From: Nostoc punctiforme PCC 73102
GTDB lineage: Bacteria > Cyanobacteriota > Cyanobacteriia > Cyanobacteriales > Nostocaceae
Reading direction: 5' to 3'
DNA length: 32,000 nucleotides
Assembly (NCBI RefSeq): GCF_000020025.1
Contig: NC_010631.1
Span: 300,001-332,000, forward strand
Positions 31,843 through 32,000 of the stretch are shown here, piece after piece. How positions within the stretch are numbered: position 1 is the first letter of the stretch; every line of letters starts with the position of its first letter. Under the pieces are notes generated by a model that was not told the origin of the DNA, did not search any database, and saw only the letters and a program-made list of their open reading frames with translations. A program made the position numbers and the translations under genes.

Positions 31843-32000
31843 TTATTGGGATAGGTTCCAGCGAGATTTGCAATAGTTTTCAATCTCTTCGTCTGTTGTC
31901 AGTTTGCTAGTTAAATTTCCACTCCGCACGAATAAACAGCGTTGATTTTTCTTACCTTTAGTTTTGACTTCGATGGATACTGGACGTGGGGAAGGCTTTA
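31843..32000 (-). CDS. 3' end of an ORF running off the window edge
   Basis: The open frame reads ...KPSPRPVSIEVKTKGKKNQRCLFVRSGNLTSKLTTDEEIENYCKSRWNLSQ, with TAA at 31843-31845. It loosely resembles the end of an AlbA_2/Schlafen-like domain (V.I.V......yvR.Gs.t..at.eEi). Confidence 0.3.
   Translation of the reverse strand, partial: KPSPRPVSIEVKTKGKKNQRCLFVRSGNLTSKLTTDEEIENYCKSRWNLSQ

Overview
All family calls below come from reading motifs in the supplied translations and the DNA by eye; no searches were run. The window looks like DNA from a filamentous (Nostocales-type) cyanobacterium. Supporting signs are about 20 copies of the HIP1 octamer GCGATCGC, STRR-like heptamer repeats, and PEP-CTERM, GUN4, Uma2 and DUF4351 genes. 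Layout: (1) 0.2-1.6 kb holds an aldo/keto reductase and a frameshifted GrpB remnant. (2) 1.9-4.0 kb holds a STAND NTPase fused to a sigma70-r4-like HTH. (3) 4.4-9.4 kb is a minus-strand operon: DUF4331, TPR protein, His-rich NicO/RcnA-like metal transporter, PEP-CTERM protein. (4) 10.1-19.8 kb is a co-oriented accessory block. It opens with an XRE regulator and a three-box operator/promoter switch, then a MITE-like element, orphan genes, Uma2 and DUF4351 genes. It ends in a DUF1257 / DUF2997 / AAA+ / WGR module, which is my top candidate for an undescribed system. (5) 19.8-25.2 kb holds a secreted GQ-repeat protein, a small wHTH-like ORF, a 1001-aa RTX protein and a second MITE copy. (6) 25.2-27.4 kb holds two minus-strand orphan genes. 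(7) 27.7-31.3 kb holds an untracked 53-aa RHH protein, then a small membrane protein translationally coupled to a 965-aa CHAT / NB-ARC-like NTPase / GUN4 fusion, my second candidate. (8) 31.3-32.0 kb holds a decayed IS200/RAYT-like transposase pseudogene and a partial ORF. I saw no rRNA, tRNA or CRISPR array.
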